A stretch of 64,000 nt of DNA from Clostridia bacterium (GCA_017504995.1 JAFVQC010000054.1:60-64059); one strand, 5' to 3'. Shown: positions 18,019-28,698, counted from the stretch's first letter. The notes: a model not told the origin generated them from the sequence alone. Numbers and translations: made by a program.

Positions 18019-20064
18019 ATGGGAAAGATCAACGTGCTTTCCTTTGCGGTGGCAAACCTGATCGCCGCCGGTGAGGTGGTGGACAGACCCTCTTCCGTTA
18101 TCAAGGAATTGTTGGAAAATGCCATTGACTCGGGGGCAGACCGTATCACCGTGGAAATACAAAACGGCGGTGTGACCTATATGCGCGTATCGGACAACGG
18201 TTGCGGCATAGAGCCTGAGGATCTGCCTGTGGCGATCCGCCGTCACGCTACCAGTAAGATCAAGGACGCCTCGGATCTGGAAAGCATTCTGACCCTTGGC
18301 TTCCGCGGCGAAGCCTTGGCGGCAATCGCGTCGGTCTCCGATCTTCGGATCATTTCAAAGACACCCAATGCCCAAATCGGCGCGATGCTGGAAGCATCGG
18401 GAGGCGAGATCCGCGGGGTATCCGAGCGCGCCTGCTCGGACGGAACGACGGTGATCGTGGAAAATTTGTTTGCCAACGTGCCTGCCAGACGAAAATTTCT
18501 CAAGAAGGACGTGACCGAGTCCATGGCAGTCAGCGCCTTGGTGGAAAAGATCGCGCTCTCCAAGCCCCATATCGCCTTTCGCTTGATTACCGACGGAAAC
18601 ATTCGATTGGAGACCGTGGGAGACGGCAACCTGAAAAACGCCGTCTATTCGGTGTTTGGCAGAGAGTTTGCGTCTAAGCTGATTCCGACGGAGCTTTCGG
18701 TGGACGGCATTGAGGTAACGGGCTTCGTGGGAAGATCGGATAACGTACGCGCCAATCGGAACTATCAAAATTTCTTTATCAACGGACGGTACGTCAAAAG
18801 CAAAACGGCGTGCGCTGCCTTGGAGCAGGCGTATACCTCTTATATTCCCCCCGAAAAATTCCCTTGCTGCGTGCTGTTTTTGAAGCTCAATCCCGCGGCG
18901 GTGGACGTGAACGTGCATCCCGCCAAGCTGGAGGTGAAATTCTCCAACGAGAAGCCGATCTTCGAGGCGATCTATTACGCGGTGCGAAACGCGCTGGAGT
19001 CCAACGTATCCCGTCCCGACGTGACCTTGAAGGCTTTGGAAAAAACGGGAAGCGGATCGAAGGCAAGACTGTCGGATTCCCAAACGCCCATCGAGGAAGG
19101 CAGACCCGAGTCGCTGAAAAAGCGACAGATCGCAAGTGAGTTGTACACACCTGTTACGATTCGGGAACAGAAACCCGTTTCGTCGGCTGCGGTGTCCGCT
19201 TCGGCAGAGCCGTCGAAGCGATCTTCGGAAGGGTTTTTGCGTTTGTCGGCGGAGGAATACGTCGAGAGATACCGAAGCGAAGAAAAGAAATCTACGGTGA
19301 AAACGACAGACGTGCAGGAAGCGGAGCAAAAAACGGTTGTAACCCAATCGCCTGCACCGCAACCGAAGACGATTTCTTCGGATACAAGACCCGAAGCGCC
19401 TCAGTGGATACGGGATTTGGTAGGGCAGGGTGAGCCGAAGGAGACCGAGCCGAAGTCCAATGAGCCTTTGCCCGTCTCGGAAAAGCTAACTTATCGGATC
19501 ATTGGGGAAGCCTTTCACGCTTACGTGTTGGTGGAGCTGGAGGATAAGCTTTTGGTCATCGATAAGCATGCCGCCCACGAGAGGATTCTGTTTGAAAAGC
19601 TGAAGGCGGGAATGCACGGCGGAGGAAACGGTTCGCAAATGCTGATGCTTCCCATTGAGGTCATGATGACCTCGGATGAGATCCAGACCCTTGACGCCTT
19701 CCGTGAGGAGATTGAGGCGGTAGGCTTTTCCTTTGCGCTGGGCAGACATACGGCGAGCGTGACGGCAATTCCCGAGGGCATCGACACCGATGCCGTCCCC
19801 GATATGCTGGCGGTGATCGCGGAGCGAATCAAAAGCAATACCGGCTCAGCCAAGCTGACCAGAGATATCATTTTTGAAAAGGCGCTCTATCAGGCGTCCT
19901 GCAAGGCGGCAGTCAAGGCGGGAAGAGAATATCCAGAGGGACACGTTAAATGGATCGTGGATCAGCTGATGGCAATTCCCGATATTACGGTTTGCCCTCA
20001 CGGCAGACCCGTGGCGATGGAGCTGAGGAAAAAGAATTTGGACCATCAGTTTGAGAGAAGCTGA
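18019..20064 (+). CDS. mutL: DNA mismatch repair endonuclease MutL
   Basis: GHKL ATPase N-terminus NLIAAGEVVDRPSSVIKELLENAIDSGA. C-terminal part has DKHAAHERILFE and CPHGRP motifs. Confidence 0.95.
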   Translation: MGKINVLSFAVANLIAAGEVVDRPSSVIKELLENAIDSGADRITVEIQNGGVTYMRVSDNGCGIEPEDLPVAIRRHATSKIKDASDLESILTLGFRGEALAAIASVSDLRIISKTPNAQIGAMLEASGGEIRGVSERACSDGTTVIVENLFANVPARRKFLKKDVTESMAVSALVEKIALSKPHIAFRLITDGNIRLETVGDGNLKNAVYSVFGREFASKLIPTELSVDGIEVTGFVGRSDNVRANRNYQNFFINGRYVKSKTACAALEQAYTSYIPPEKFPCCVLFLKLNPAAVDVNVHPAKLEVKFSNEKPIFEAIYYAVRNALESNVSRPDVTLKALEKTGSGSKARLSDSQTPIEEGRPESLKKRQIASELYTPVTIREQKPVSSAAVSASAEPSKRSSEGFLRLSAEEYVERYRSEEKKSTVKTTDVQEAEQKTVVTQSPAPQPKTISSDTRPEAPQWIRDLVGQGEPKETEPKSNEPLPVSEKLTYRIIGEAFHAYVLVELEDKLLVIDKHAAHERILFEKLKAGMHGGGNGSQMLMLPIEVMMTSDEIQTLDAFREEIEAVGFSFALGRHTASVTAIPEGIDTDAVPDMLAVIAERIKSNTGSAKLTRDIIFEKALYQASCKAAVKAGREYPEGHVKWIVDQLMAIPDITVCPHGRPVAMELRKKNLDHQFERS

Positions 20065-20099
20065 ACGATACGTGAAATCAATCAAAGGAAATAAAAAAT

Positions 20100-21245
20100 A
20101 TGTCAGAGCAATTTGAACTTTTAACAACCGACGGACGCGCCAGACGGGGCGTGCTGCATACGGTGCACGGCGACATTCAGACCCCCGTATTTATGAACGT
20201 GGGGACTTGCGCCGCCATCAAGGGCGGTGTTTCCAGCCGAGAGCTGATCGATCTGGACTGTCAGGTGGAGCTGTCGAACACCTATCATTTGCACATTCGC
20301 CCGGGGGATCAGCTGATCTACGAGATGGGCGGCTTGCATAAATTCATGAACTGGGAAAGACCGATTTTGACCGACAGCGGCGGATTTCAGGTATTTTCTC
20401 TTTCCTCCTTGCGTAAAATAACCGAGGAGGGGGTTCGTTTCGCGTCTCACGTGGACGGAAAACGGATTTTTATGGGACCGGAGGAGAGTATGCAAATTCA
20501 GTCCCATCTTGCCTCCACGATCGCCATGGCGTTTGACGAGTGCGTGGAGAATCCCGCGCCGTACAAGTACGTAAAGGATTCCTGCGAGCGAACCGCCCGT
20601 TGGCTCGTTCGCTGTAAGAACGAAATGGACAGGCTCAATTCCTTGCCCGAAACCATCAACAAAAATCAGCTCTTGTTCGGCATCAATCAGGGCGGTACGT
20701 ATGAGGATCTTCGAATCGCCCATATGCAGCAGATCGCCGAGCTGGATCTGGCGGGCTACGCCATCGGCGGACTTGCCGTGGGTGAGGAGACCGAGGAGAT
20801 GTATCGGATCATCGATGCGGTAGAGCCTCATATGCCCAAGCATAAGCCGCGGTATCTGATGGGTGTGGGAACGCCCTGCAATATTCTGGAAGCGGTTCAT
20901 ATGGGCGTGGATTTCTTTGATTGCGTCATGCCCAGCCGAAACGCCCGTCACGGAAACCTTTTTACTTGGCACGGAAAGATGAATCTGCTCAATGAAAAAT
21001 ATGCCAAAGATCCTCGTCCCTTTGACGAGAACTGCGGTTGCCCTGCCTGCCGTCATTACAGCCGTTCTTACGTACGGCATCTGATCAAGGCGAAGGAGTC
21101 GCTCGGCATGAGACTTGCCGTGGCGCACAATCTTTATTTTTACAACAATCTGACCCGAAAAATCCGCGAGGCACTGGAGGGTGGATATTTTGAGAGCTTC
21201 TACCAGAAATACAGAACGATTTTGGGAGAGAGAAGCCAGAGCTGA
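20100..21245 (+). CDS. tgt: Queuine tRNA-ribosyltransferase
   Basis: RRGVLHTVHGDIQTPVFMNVGT, TDSGGFQV, and Zn site CGCPACRHYSRSYVRHL. Confidence 0.95.
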   Translation: MSEQFELLTTDGRARRGVLHTVHGDIQTPVFMNVGTCAAIKGGVSSRELIDLDCQVELSNTYHLHIRPGDQLIYEMGGLHKFMNWERPILTDSGGFQVFSLSSLRKITEEGVRFASHVDGKRIFMGPEESMQIQSHLASTIAMAFDECVENPAPYKYVKDSCERTARWLVRCKNEMDRLNSLPETINKNQLLFGINQGGTYEDLRIAHMQQIAELDLAGYAIGGLAVGEETEEMYRIIDAVEPHMPKHKPRYLMGVGTPCNILEAVHMGVDFFDCVMPSRNARHGNLFTWHGKMNLLNEKYAKDPRPFDENCGCPACRHYSRSYVRHLIKAKESLGMRLAVAHNLYFYNNLTRKIREALEGGYFESFYQKYRTILGERSQS

Positions 21246-21261
21246 CGCGAAGGAGAAGAGC

Positions 21262-22641
21262 ATGATCAAACAATCGTTATTGGAAGAATTGCTTGGTGTG
21301 GCGATGTCCACGGGGGGCGATTTCGCCGAGGTGTACGGAGAGCATACGCACAATCAGAACGTGAGTTTCGTGGACGGAAAGATCGATCGGATCGGCGACA
21401 ACGTGTTGTCGGGCGTGGGAATCCGCGTGTTTTTGGGAGAGAGGACGGTTTACGCCTCGACTTCGGATCTGACCCGTGAGGGGGTGCTTGCCTGCGCTCG
21501 GTCGGCGGCTGACGCCATGGGAGAGGGAAGCGCGCCCGTGTCGATTCGTTTGACTCCCGTATCTGTGCCTGACCGTCATCCCGTGAAGGTCAATCCAATC
21601 GATACGCCCATTGCCAGAAAGACCGCCATTTTGAAGGAAGCTTGCTTTGCCGCAATGGAAGAAAGCGATAAGATCGCGCAGGTACAGGGAACGATCTTGG
21701 GGGTCGATCACGAGATTCTTGTGGCAAACAGCGAGGGGCTTTTGAAGCAGGATCGCCACGTGAGAAGCCGTATCGTGGTGAATGCGGTTGCCTCGGAAAA
21801 CGGAGAAAATCAATCGGGAGGCTGTTCCCCCGGACGGGGCATGGGTATGGAATTTTTTGATACCATTGATATTCCCGAGGTGGGCAGACACGCCGCCCGT
21901 CAGGCACTGACCAATCTTCGCGCCGATTATTGCAAGGCAGGACAGATGACCGTTGCCATTGAAAACGGCTTTGGCGGCGTGATCTTCCACGAGGCGTGCG
22001 GCCATTCGCTGGAAGCGACGCAGGTTGGCGTGGGAATGTCGGAGATGTGCGGAAAGCTTGGGCAGAAGATCGCCAACGAAAAGATCACCGCCATTGACGA
22101 CGGCACGATCCCGAATGCTTGGGGGTCGGTGAATATCGACGACGAGGGGAATCCCACTCAGCGCAACGTGCTGATCGAAAACGGAATTTTGAAAAACTAT
22201 ATGATCGACCGTCTCGGCTCTCGCCGTATGGGTATGCCCATGACGGGAAACAGCCGCAGACAAGGGTATACCTATGAGCCTACCTCTCGTATGACAAATA
22301 CCTTTATCTACAACGGACCCGATAAAAACGAGGACATTATCGCTTCCATCGAATACGGTCTTTACGCCAAGGAAATGGGCGGCGGCTCTGTGAACCCCTT
22401 GACGGGGGCGTTTAACTTTTCGGTTCGGGAAGGCTATATGGTTCGGAACGGCAAGATCTGTGAGCCTGTACGGGGCGCGTCTTTGATCGGAACGGGGTCT
22501 CGGATCTTACAGGATATCGACATGGTCGGACAAAATCTCGCGACGGGGCAGGGTGTGTGCGGTTCGTCCAGCGGAAGCGTTCCCACCGACGTGGGACAGC
22601 CCTTGATTCGTGTGACCAAGATCACCGTGGGCGGACGATAA
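21262..22641 (+). CDS. tldD: Metalloprotease TldD
   Basis: Start at MIKQSLLEELL after AAGGAGAAG. HEACGHSLE motif. PmbA_TldD family architecture. Confidence 0.88.
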   Translation: MIKQSLLEELLGVAMSTGGDFAEVYGEHTHNQNVSFVDGKIDRIGDNVLSGVGIRVFLGERTVYASTSDLTREGVLACARSAADAMGEGSAPVSIRLTPVSVPDRHPVKVNPIDTPIARKTAILKEACFAAMEESDKIAQVQGTILGVDHEILVANSEGLLKQDRHVRSRIVVNAVASENGENQSGGCSPGRGMGMEFFDTIDIPEVGRHAARQALTNLRADYCKAGQMTVAIENGFGGVIFHEACGHSLEATQVGVGMSEMCGKLGQKIANEKITAIDDGTIPNAWGSVNIDDEGNPTQRNVLIENGILKNYMIDRLGSRRMGMPMTGNSRRQGYTYEPTSRMTNTFIYNGPDKNEDIIASIEYGLYAKEMGGGSVNPLTGAFNFSVREGYMVRNGKICEPVRGASLIGTGSRILQDIDMVGQNLATGQGVCGSSSGSVPTDVGQPLIRVTKITVGGR

Positions 22642-22655
22642 GAGAGGAGAAAAAG

Positions 22656-23999
22656 ATGAATTTTGACGCGGTAAAAAATGCCCTGATCGCCGAGGCGGAT
22701 CGGGCGGGACTTGCGGATTATGAAGTGTATTTTATGGAATCCTCCTCCGTCAGTACCGAAACGCTGAAGGACGAGATTTCCTCTTTTTCCTCGGGTGTCG
22801 GTGGCGGCGTTTGCTTCCGTTGTATTGTGGACGGACGAATGGGGAACGCTTCTTCAGAGCTTTTGACTGAAGAAGAAATGCGCGCGCTCGTGAGGCGCGC
22901 CATCGATAACGCGAAAAATATTGAGAACGACGACAAGGCGATTCTTTACGAGGGGGCGGAGCATTACGCAACCGTCTCTCCCGTTGCCGTGGAAAATCCC
23001 GATGCCGCAGACTTGAAGGCAACTGCTTTGCAGATTCAGAAGCAGACCTACGAGGGGTGCGAATTCGTGGCAGACGGAACGCAATCGGGAGTGTTTTCCG
23101 AAAAGATCCGTATGGAGCTGATGAATTCCCACGGACTCCGTCTTTCCAATCGGGTCGCCATGTGCGGCGCGTTTGTGCAGGCGGTGGTTCAAAAGGACGG
23201 AGAAGCGCAGGAAGCCTTTGATTTTCAGCTTGGTCTGGATCAGAACGGCTTGCAGGCTCTTTCCGAAGCTACTCGCGCCGAGGCGCTATCTAAGATCGGC
23301 GCAAAGGAGATCCCCTCCGAAAAATACGACGTGATCATCAGCGCGAAGCAAGCCTATTCCTTGCTATCCGCCTTTTCCTCTGCCTTCTCGGCAAAACAGG
23401 CGCAGCTGGGACTGTCGCTTTTGAAGGGAAAAGAGGGGGAGAAGATCGCATCGGACGTGGTTACGCTGGTGGACGATCCCATGAGAGAGGGGTGTCCTAT
23501 GCAGACTCCTTTTGACGGCGAAGGTGTGGCGACCTATCGGAAGTGTGTGATCGAGGGTGGTGTGCTGAACACTCTGCTTTACGATCTTGCTACCGCCGAT
23601 CGCGCGGGAGTGGCAAGCACGGGAAACGGACAGAGAGTCAGTTATGCGCAAGCGCCACACATCAGTCCCTACAGCTTTTACCTCGGCGCGGGAGAGTTGA
23701 GTGAAGCGGAGCTGAAAAAGCGAATGGGAGACGGTCTGTATATTACCGAATTCAAGGGAATGCACGCGGGGTGTAATGCCGTGACAGGTGACTTTTCCAT
23801 TGAAAGCGCGGGCTATACCGTTCGGGACGGCGAGCTTTGCGAGGCGGTGAAATCCTTTACGGTAGCGGGGAATTTCTTTGAGCTTCTGAAGGGGATCGAA
23901 GCCGTTTCCGATACCGTGAAATTCGGGCTTCCCTCGGGCTTTACCGTATACGGCTCTCCCGATTTGCTGATTCGCGGCATGAGCGTTGCGGGAAAATAA
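22656..23999 (+). CDS. pmbA: TldD partner protein PmbA/TldE
   Basis: Start at MNFDAVKNALIAEA after GAGAGGAG. Paralogous to the upstream TldD but lacks HExxxH. Confidence 0.85.
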   Translation: MNFDAVKNALIAEADRAGLADYEVYFMESSSVSTETLKDEISSFSSGVGGGVCFRCIVDGRMGNASSELLTEEEMRALVRRAIDNAKNIENDDKAILYEGAEHYATVSPVAVENPDAADLKATALQIQKQTYEGCEFVADGTQSGVFSEKIRMELMNSHGLRLSNRVAMCGAFVQAVVQKDGEAQEAFDFQLGLDQNGLQALSEATRAEALSKIGAKEIPSEKYDVIISAKQAYSLLSAFSSAFSAKQAQLGLSLLKGKEGEKIASDVVTLVDDPMREGCPMQTPFDGEGVATYRKCVIEGGVLNTLLYDLATADRAGVASTGNGQRVSYAQAPHISPYSFYLGAGELSEAELKKRMGDGLYITEFKGMHAGCNAVTGDFSIESAGYTVRDGELCEAVKSFTVAGNFFELLKGIEAVSDTVKFGLPSGFTVYGSPDLLIRGMSVAGK

Positions 24000-24018
24000 G
24001 AAAATTTATCGGATTTTG

Positions 24019-24047
24019 TTGACAAATTCCATTTTCTATGCTATAAT
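24019..24047 (+). promoter_or_regulatory. Sigma-A promoter of glyQS
   Basis: TTGACA (24019-24024), 17-nt spacer, TGcTATAAT (24039-24047). Confidence 0.7.
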
Positions 24048-24097
24048 AATGTATTATATTTATTGACATTCTTTGTGAAATAAGGAAGGAAAAAAAG

Positions 24098-25501
24098 ATG
24101 CTGAATACCGAAAAAACAATGGACAAAATCGTTGCTCTTTGTAAAACCAGAGGCTTTATTTTCCCAGGCTCCGAGATCTACGGCGGTCTTGCTAATACAT
24201 GGGATTACGGACCTCTCGGCGTAGAGCTGAAGAATAACGTGAAGAAGGCTTGGTGGAAAAAATTCGTTCAGGAAAACAAGTACAACGTGGGTCTTGACGC
24301 CGCCATTTTGATGAACCCCCAGACTTGGGTGGCATCGGGTCACTTGGCAGGCTTCTCCGATCCTCTGATGGACTGCCGCGAGTGCCACGAGCGCTTCCGC
24401 GCCGACAAGCTGATCGAGGACTGGTGCGCCCAGACGGGATTCGTTCTGCCCAAGCCCATCGATGCCTTTAGCCATGCGGAAATGAAGGAGTTTGTGGAAG
24501 AGCACAACATTCCTTGTCCTACCTGCGGCAAGCATAACTTTACCGATATCCGTCAGTTCAATCTGATGTTCAAGACCTTCCAAGGTGTTACCGAGGACGC
24601 GAAGAACACCGTATATCTCCGCCCCGAGACGGCGCAGGGTATCTTTACTAACTTCGTCAGCGTACAGCGTACCACCCGTAAGAAGTTGCCCTTCGGTATT
24701 GCTCAGATCGGTAAATCCTTCCGTAACGAGATCACTCCCGGTAACTTTATTTTCCGTGTACGTGAGTTTGAGCAGATGGAATTGGAGTTCTTCTGCAAGC
24801 CCGGTACGGATTTGGAGTGGTTTAACTACTGGCGTTCCTTCTGCCGCGATTGGTTGCTTGCTATTGGCTTGAAGGAGGAGAATATCCGCCTGCGCGACCA
24901 CGATCCCGAGGAGCTTTGCTTCTATTCCAAGGCAACCACCGACTTCGAATTTTTGTTCCCCTTCGGTTGGGGCGAGCTTTGGGGCGTGGCTGACCGTACC
25001 GATTACGACCTGACCCAGCACCAGAACACCTCGGGCAAGGATCTGACCTATTTTGATCCCGAAACCAACGAGCACTATATTCCTTACGTGGTAGAGCCCA
25101 GCCTTGGCGTGGAGAGAAGTGTTCTTGCCGTTCTGTGCGACGCATACGACGAGGAGATCGTAGATCCTGCCAAGAACGACGTTCGCGTGGTTATGCATCT
25201 GCATCCCGCGCTGGCACCCTTCAAGGCAGCAGTGCTTCCTCTGTCCAAGAAGCTCTCCGAGGGCGCAGACGCTATCTTTACCGAGCTGTCCAAGTACTTC
25301 AGCGTAGATTACGACGAGGCAGGCTCGATCGGTAAGCGTTACCGCCGTCAGGATGAGATCGGTACGCCTCTTTGCATTACTTACGATTTCGATTCCGAAA
25401 CCGACGGATGCGTCACGGTTCGCGACAGAGACACCATGGAGCAGGTTCGTATTCCGATCGCTGATCTGAAGGCGTATATCGAAAAAGCAATTGAATTTTA
25501 A
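24098..25501 (+). CDS. glyQS: Glycine--tRNA ligase (dimeric class II type)
   Basis: [34 protein letters not shown] is the canonical GlyQS N-terminus. 467 aa. Confidence 0.95.
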   Translation: MLNTEKTMDKIVALCKTRGFIFPGSEIYGGLANTWDYGPLGVELKNNVKKAWWKKFVQENKYNVGLDAAILMNPQTWVASGHLAGFSDPLMDCRECHERFRADKLIEDWCAQTGFVLPKPIDAFSHAEMKEFVEEHNIPCPTCGKHNFTDIRQFNLMFKTFQGVTEDAKNTVYLRPETAQGIFTNFVSVQRTTRKKLPFGIAQIGKSFRNEITPGNFIFRVREFEQMELEFFCKPGTDLEWFNYWRSFCRDWLLAIGLKEENIRLRDHDPEELCFYSKATTDFEFLFPFGWGELWGVADRTDYDLTQHQNTSGKDLTYFDPETNEHYIPYVVEPSLGVERSVLAVLCDAYDEEIVDPAKNDVRVVMHLHPALAPFKAAVLPLSKKLSEGADAIFTELSKYFSVDYDEAGSIGKRYRRQDEIGTPLCITYDFDSETDGCVTVRDRDTMEQVRIPIADLKAYIEKAIEF

Positions 25502-25517
25502 CGGTTGACTGTTATGA

Positions 25518-25554
25518 CAGGGAGAATCCTCGAGATTCTCCCTGCGCGTTTTTT
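25518..25554 (+). terminator. Intrinsic terminator of glyQS
   Basis: 11-bp stem CAGGGAGAATC / GATTCTCCCTG with a 5-nt loop, followed by CGCGTTTTTT. Confidence 0.85.
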
Positions 25555-25584
25555 GGATTTTTTGAAAAATATCTTCAATGTCTA

Positions 25585-25613
25585 TTGCACAGATTCCAAG
25601 AAGGGTGTATAAT
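25585..25613 (+). promoter_or_regulatory. Sigma-A promoter of the SulP gene
   Basis: TTGCAC (25585-25590), 17-nt spacer, TATAAT (25608-25613). Confidence 0.55.
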
Positions 25614-25666
25614 AAAAAAGACGGTCAAAGAGCCGTAACAATACAATAGAGAAACGGGAAGGAAGG

Positions 25667-27367
25667 ATGCCGTACGGGAGTATGGCAAAGGTTATGAAAA
25701 CATTTCAACCGAAGATTATTTCATCTTTGAAGCAGTATAGCGGGAAAAAGCTTGTGAACGATCTCGTCGCGGGCGTTATCGTGGCGATCATCGCGCTTCC
25801 GCTTTCCATTGCGCTTGCGATTGCCTCGGGCGTCTCTCCCGAAAAGGGATTGTATACTGCCATCGTCGCAGGGTTCGTCATTGCGCTTTTAGGCGGAAGC
25901 AGCGTGAATATTTCCGGACCTACCGCCGCTTTTGCTACCATTGTCGCAGGAATCGTGGCGCAATTTGGGGTGGACGGCTTGGTGGTGGCAACCATCATGG
26001 CGGGACTGATGCTGATCCTGATGGGTCTTTGCAGACTTGGCGTTCTGATCAAATACATACCCTATACCATTACGACGGGCTTTACCGCGGGAATCGCCGT
26101 GACCATTGTGATCGGGCAGATCAAGGACTTTCTTGGGCTGACCTTCGCAGAGGGAACGCACGCGGTGGAGACTGCCGAAAAAGCCGAAGCGATCGTCAAA
26201 TCCATCGGTACGTTTCATTGGCAAGCCTTATTGGTTGGCTTGGTGGGGCTTGCGGTTTTGATCGTGTGGCCCAAATTGAAATACGTAAACAAGATTCCCG
26301 GCTCACTCGTTGCCGTGGTGGTGGGCGTGTTGATGGTGAAGCTGTTGCCCCTTGAGGTAAATACCATTGGAGACTTGTATACCATTTCCCGAGAGCTTCC
26401 TCGGTTTGATCTTCCCGCGTTTCGCTTTGATACTGTGAAGGCGCTGTTGCCGAGTGCCTTTACGATCGCGATTCTTGCGGGAATCGAATCTCTGCTTTCC
26501 TGCGTGGTTTCCGACGGTATGGTGGGAGATCGGCACAACTCCAATACCGAGCTGATCGCTCAGGGCGTTGGAAACGTCTGTTCGGGACTGTTTGGCGGAA
26601 TTCCCGCCACGGGAGCGATCGCCCGTACGGCGGCAAACGTGAAAAACGGAGGACGTTCTCCCGTGGCGGGAATGATCCACGCCGTAATGCTTTTGCTTGT
26701 TCTCGTGCTTCTGATGCCTTACGCCGCATGGATTCCTATGCCTACGATTGCCGCGATCCTCTTTATGGTTGCCTACAATATGAGTGAGTGGAGACAATTC
26801 GTGAAGATCTGTCGCTCCGCGCCGAAAAGCGATATTTTCGTTTTGGTGGTGACCTTCGTTCTGACGGTAGTCTTTGATCTTGTGGTCGCCATTGCGGTAG
26901 GTATGCTGCTTGCCGTGGTTCTGTTTATGAAGCAAATGGCTGACGTGACTCATATTCGCGTTTGGTCGGCGGCAGATGAAAAATCCGAGACGGATGGCGG
27001 TCGCTTAAAGAAGATTCCTTCGGATACCGCGGTGTTTGAAATTGACGGACCTATGTTTTTTGCGGATTCGGATAAGTTTACAGGATTTCCCTTGAAGGAC
27101 GGAGATCGGATTATGATCCTGCGAATGAGAAACGTACCGACGATCGATGCAACCGCAATGAGAAATTTGACGGCGCTGTGGCATACCTGTGAGAAAAAGG
27201 GAATGACGTTGCTTTTGTCTCACGTGAACGAGCAGCCTTTGTCCGTGATGAAAAAGTCAGGCTTTTATGAGCTTGTTGGAGAAGAAAATTTCTTTGCCAA
27301 TATTGACGATGCCTTGGAAAGAGCAAAGGAACTATCTGCGGATAACGGGCTGAAACAACCGATATAA
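25667..27367 (+). CDS. SulP-family anion permease with C-terminal STAS domain
   Basis: Multi-pass hydrophobic core (LPLSIALAIASGVSPEKGLYTAIVAGF) and a STAS-like C-terminus. Exact start uncertain (25667, 25682 or 25694). Confidence 0.85.
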   Translation: MPYGSMAKVMKTFQPKIISSLKQYSGKKLVNDLVAGVIVAIIALPLSIALAIASGVSPEKGLYTAIVAGFVIALLGGSSVNISGPTAAFATIVAGIVAQFGVDGLVVATIMAGLMLILMGLCRLGVLIKYIPYTITTGFTAGIAVTIVIGQIKDFLGLTFAEGTHAVETAEKAEAIVKSIGTFHWQALLVGLVGLAVLIVWPKLKYVNKIPGSLVAVVVGVLMVKLLPLEVNTIGDLYTISRELPRFDLPAFRFDTVKALLPSAFTIAILAGIESLLSCVVSDGMVGDRHNSNTELIAQGVGNVCSGLFGGIPATGAIARTAANVKNGGRSPVAGMIHAVMLLLVLVLLMPYAAWIPMPTIAAILFMVAYNMSEWRQFVKICRSAPKSDIFVLVVTFVLTVVFDLVVAIAVGMLLAVVLFMKQMADVTHIRVWSAADEKSETDGGRLKKIPSDTAVFEIDGPMFFADSDKFTGFPLKDGDRIMILRMRNVPTIDATAMRNLTALWHTCEKKGMTLLLSHVNEQPLSVMKKSGFYELVGEENFFANIDDALERAKELSADNGLKQPI

Positions 27368-27379
27368 CGTTACTTTTTT

Positions 27380-27417
27380 CGCCTTTGCCGATCGATTGGG
27401 TCGGCAAAGGCGTTTTA
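27380..27417 (+). terminator. Intrinsic terminator of the SulP gene
   Basis: 12-bp perfect stem CGCCTTTGCCGA / TCGGCAAAGGCG followed by TTTT. Confidence 0.85.
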
Positions 27418-27462
27418 TTCTTTGAAAAACGAAAAAAACTTGACGGAATATAAAAAAAGTTC

Positions 27463-27491
27463 TTGAATTCATACGGTGAGTATGATATAAT
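27463..27491 (+). promoter_or_regulatory. Sigma-A promoter of cdaA
   Basis: TTGAAT (27463-27468), 17-nt spacer, TGaTATAAT (27483-27491). Confidence 0.6.
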
Positions 27492-27540
27492 TAAAATAGG
27501 AATTTCTTTAAACTTGATCTGTTTCGAAAGGAGTGACAAC

Positions 27541-28428
27541 GTGAACCGACTTACGGAAATATGGAACTATATTTGCGCGTACGTGGATCAATACGTGATT
27601 TCTACGATTATGCAAATCGGATGGCTTGACGTAGTGGACATTCTTTTGCTTTCGGTTATTTTCTTTTTCCTTTACCGATTCGTTCGGGACCGTCGTGCAG
27701 GAAAGCTTTTGATCGGCGTTGCTTTCGTGGTGATCCTCTCTTTGGTGGGAGACGCGTTGGAAATGCCCGCTATCCGCTTCGTGTTCAGCGACTTTCGACA
27801 GATCGGCGTGATGGCGATCTTGATCCTGTTCCAGCCTGAGCTGAGAAGCGCTTTGGAAAAGGTGGGCGGCACGCCACTCTCCGGAATTCGCAACATTACC
27901 GACGGCGCAAAGGATCTTTCCGCGCTGAACGCGGATATCGATGGGATCTGTACGGCAGTCAGTGAGCTTTCTCGGGAAAAGGTGGGAGCGCTGATCGTTA
28001 TTGAACGCTCAACGAAGCTTGGGGATTACGTGAAATCGGGAGTTGCCATTGACGCTTCGATCTCGCCTTATCTGATTCGAAACATTTTCTTTAACAACGC
28101 GCCCCTGCACGATGGCGCGGTCATTATCCGCGCGGGACGGATCTGCGCGGCGGGGTGCTTCCTGCCCTTATCTACCAAGGAAGATATTGATAAGGATCTT
28201 GGGACGAGACACCGTGCTGCCATCGGAATGTCCGAGATCAGTGATGCGATCGTGATCGTGGTTTCCGAGGAAACGGGAATGATCTCTCTTTCAGTGGACG
28301 GAAATCTCCAAAGAAACTTCAACTACAACTCGCTGAAGCAGGCGCTGAATAAAATGTTGGTTCATCAGGGACTGAACGACCATGGAAAAAAGCAGCGCAA
28401 GGAAAAACGATCCGCCAAGAAGAAGTAA
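27541..28428 (+). CDS. cdaA: Diadenylate cyclase CdaA
   Basis: GTG start after AAAGGAG. N-terminal TM helices followed by a DisA_N domain (GALIVIER, PLHDGAVIIR, GTRHRAAIG). Confidence 0.9.
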   Translation: MNRLTEIWNYICAYVDQYVISTIMQIGWLDVVDILLLSVIFFFLYRFVRDRRAGKLLIGVAFVVILSLVGDALEMPAIRFVFSDFRQIGVMAILILFQPELRSALEKVGGTPLSGIRNITDGAKDLSALNADIDGICTAVSELSREKVGALIVIERSTKLGDYVKSGVAIDASISPYLIRNIFFNNAPLHDGAVIIRAGRICAAGCFLPLSTKEDIDKDLGTRHRAAIGMSEISDAIVIVVSEETGMISLSVDGNLQRNFNYNSLKQALNKMLVHQGLNDHGKKQRKEKRSAKKK

Positions 28429-28440
28429 GCGACTTGACGG

Positions 28441-28686
28441 ATGGAAACGGAGGAATCGATGTCGAAGCGTAAACGAAATGAAGTTGCGTCGGAAGACGGG
28501 ACTTACGTTACAAAAAAGAATCCAAAAATGAATATCGTAGCGTTTATTCTTTGCGTATTGATCGCTACGATTATCTGGCTTTACGCAACGAATACCGACC
28601 AAAAAGATCGGGAAGAGGAACGAACGGAGCAAGGCTCCTCCTCGGTGCAAGCTATGACGGAAACGTCTTGCGAAGCATCTCTTTAA
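28441..28686 (+). CDS. Small single-pass membrane protein in the position of CdaR
   Basis: 81 aa with one TM helix NIVAFILCVLIATIIWLYATN, resembling the CdaR/YbbR membrane anchor. No YbbR repeats. Start could be Met7 (28459). Confidence 0.5.
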   Translation: METEESMSKRKRNEVASEDGTYVTKKNPKMNIVAFILCVLIATIIWLYATNTDQKDREEERTEQGSSSVQAMTETSCEASL

Positions 28687-28698
28687 AAGGGGTCGGAT

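Noticed and set aside
21262-23999. TldD/PmbA as a possible RiPP (microcin B17-like) processing module.
   Set aside because: There is no precursor peptide, cyclodehydratase or exporter gene in the vicinity. The neighbours are tgt and glyQS, so this is a housekeeping context.
24000-24097. Possible T-box riboswitch upstream of glyQS, as in Bacillus.
   Set aside because: Only about 50 nt separate the predicted -10 from the start codon. This is too short for a T-box, and no specifier or T-box sequence was seen.
27541-28428. Nucleotide cyclase that might indicate a CBASS-like defence operon.
   Set aside because: The sequence is a canonical membrane-bound CdaA (DisA_N). No effector or CD-NTase features are present.
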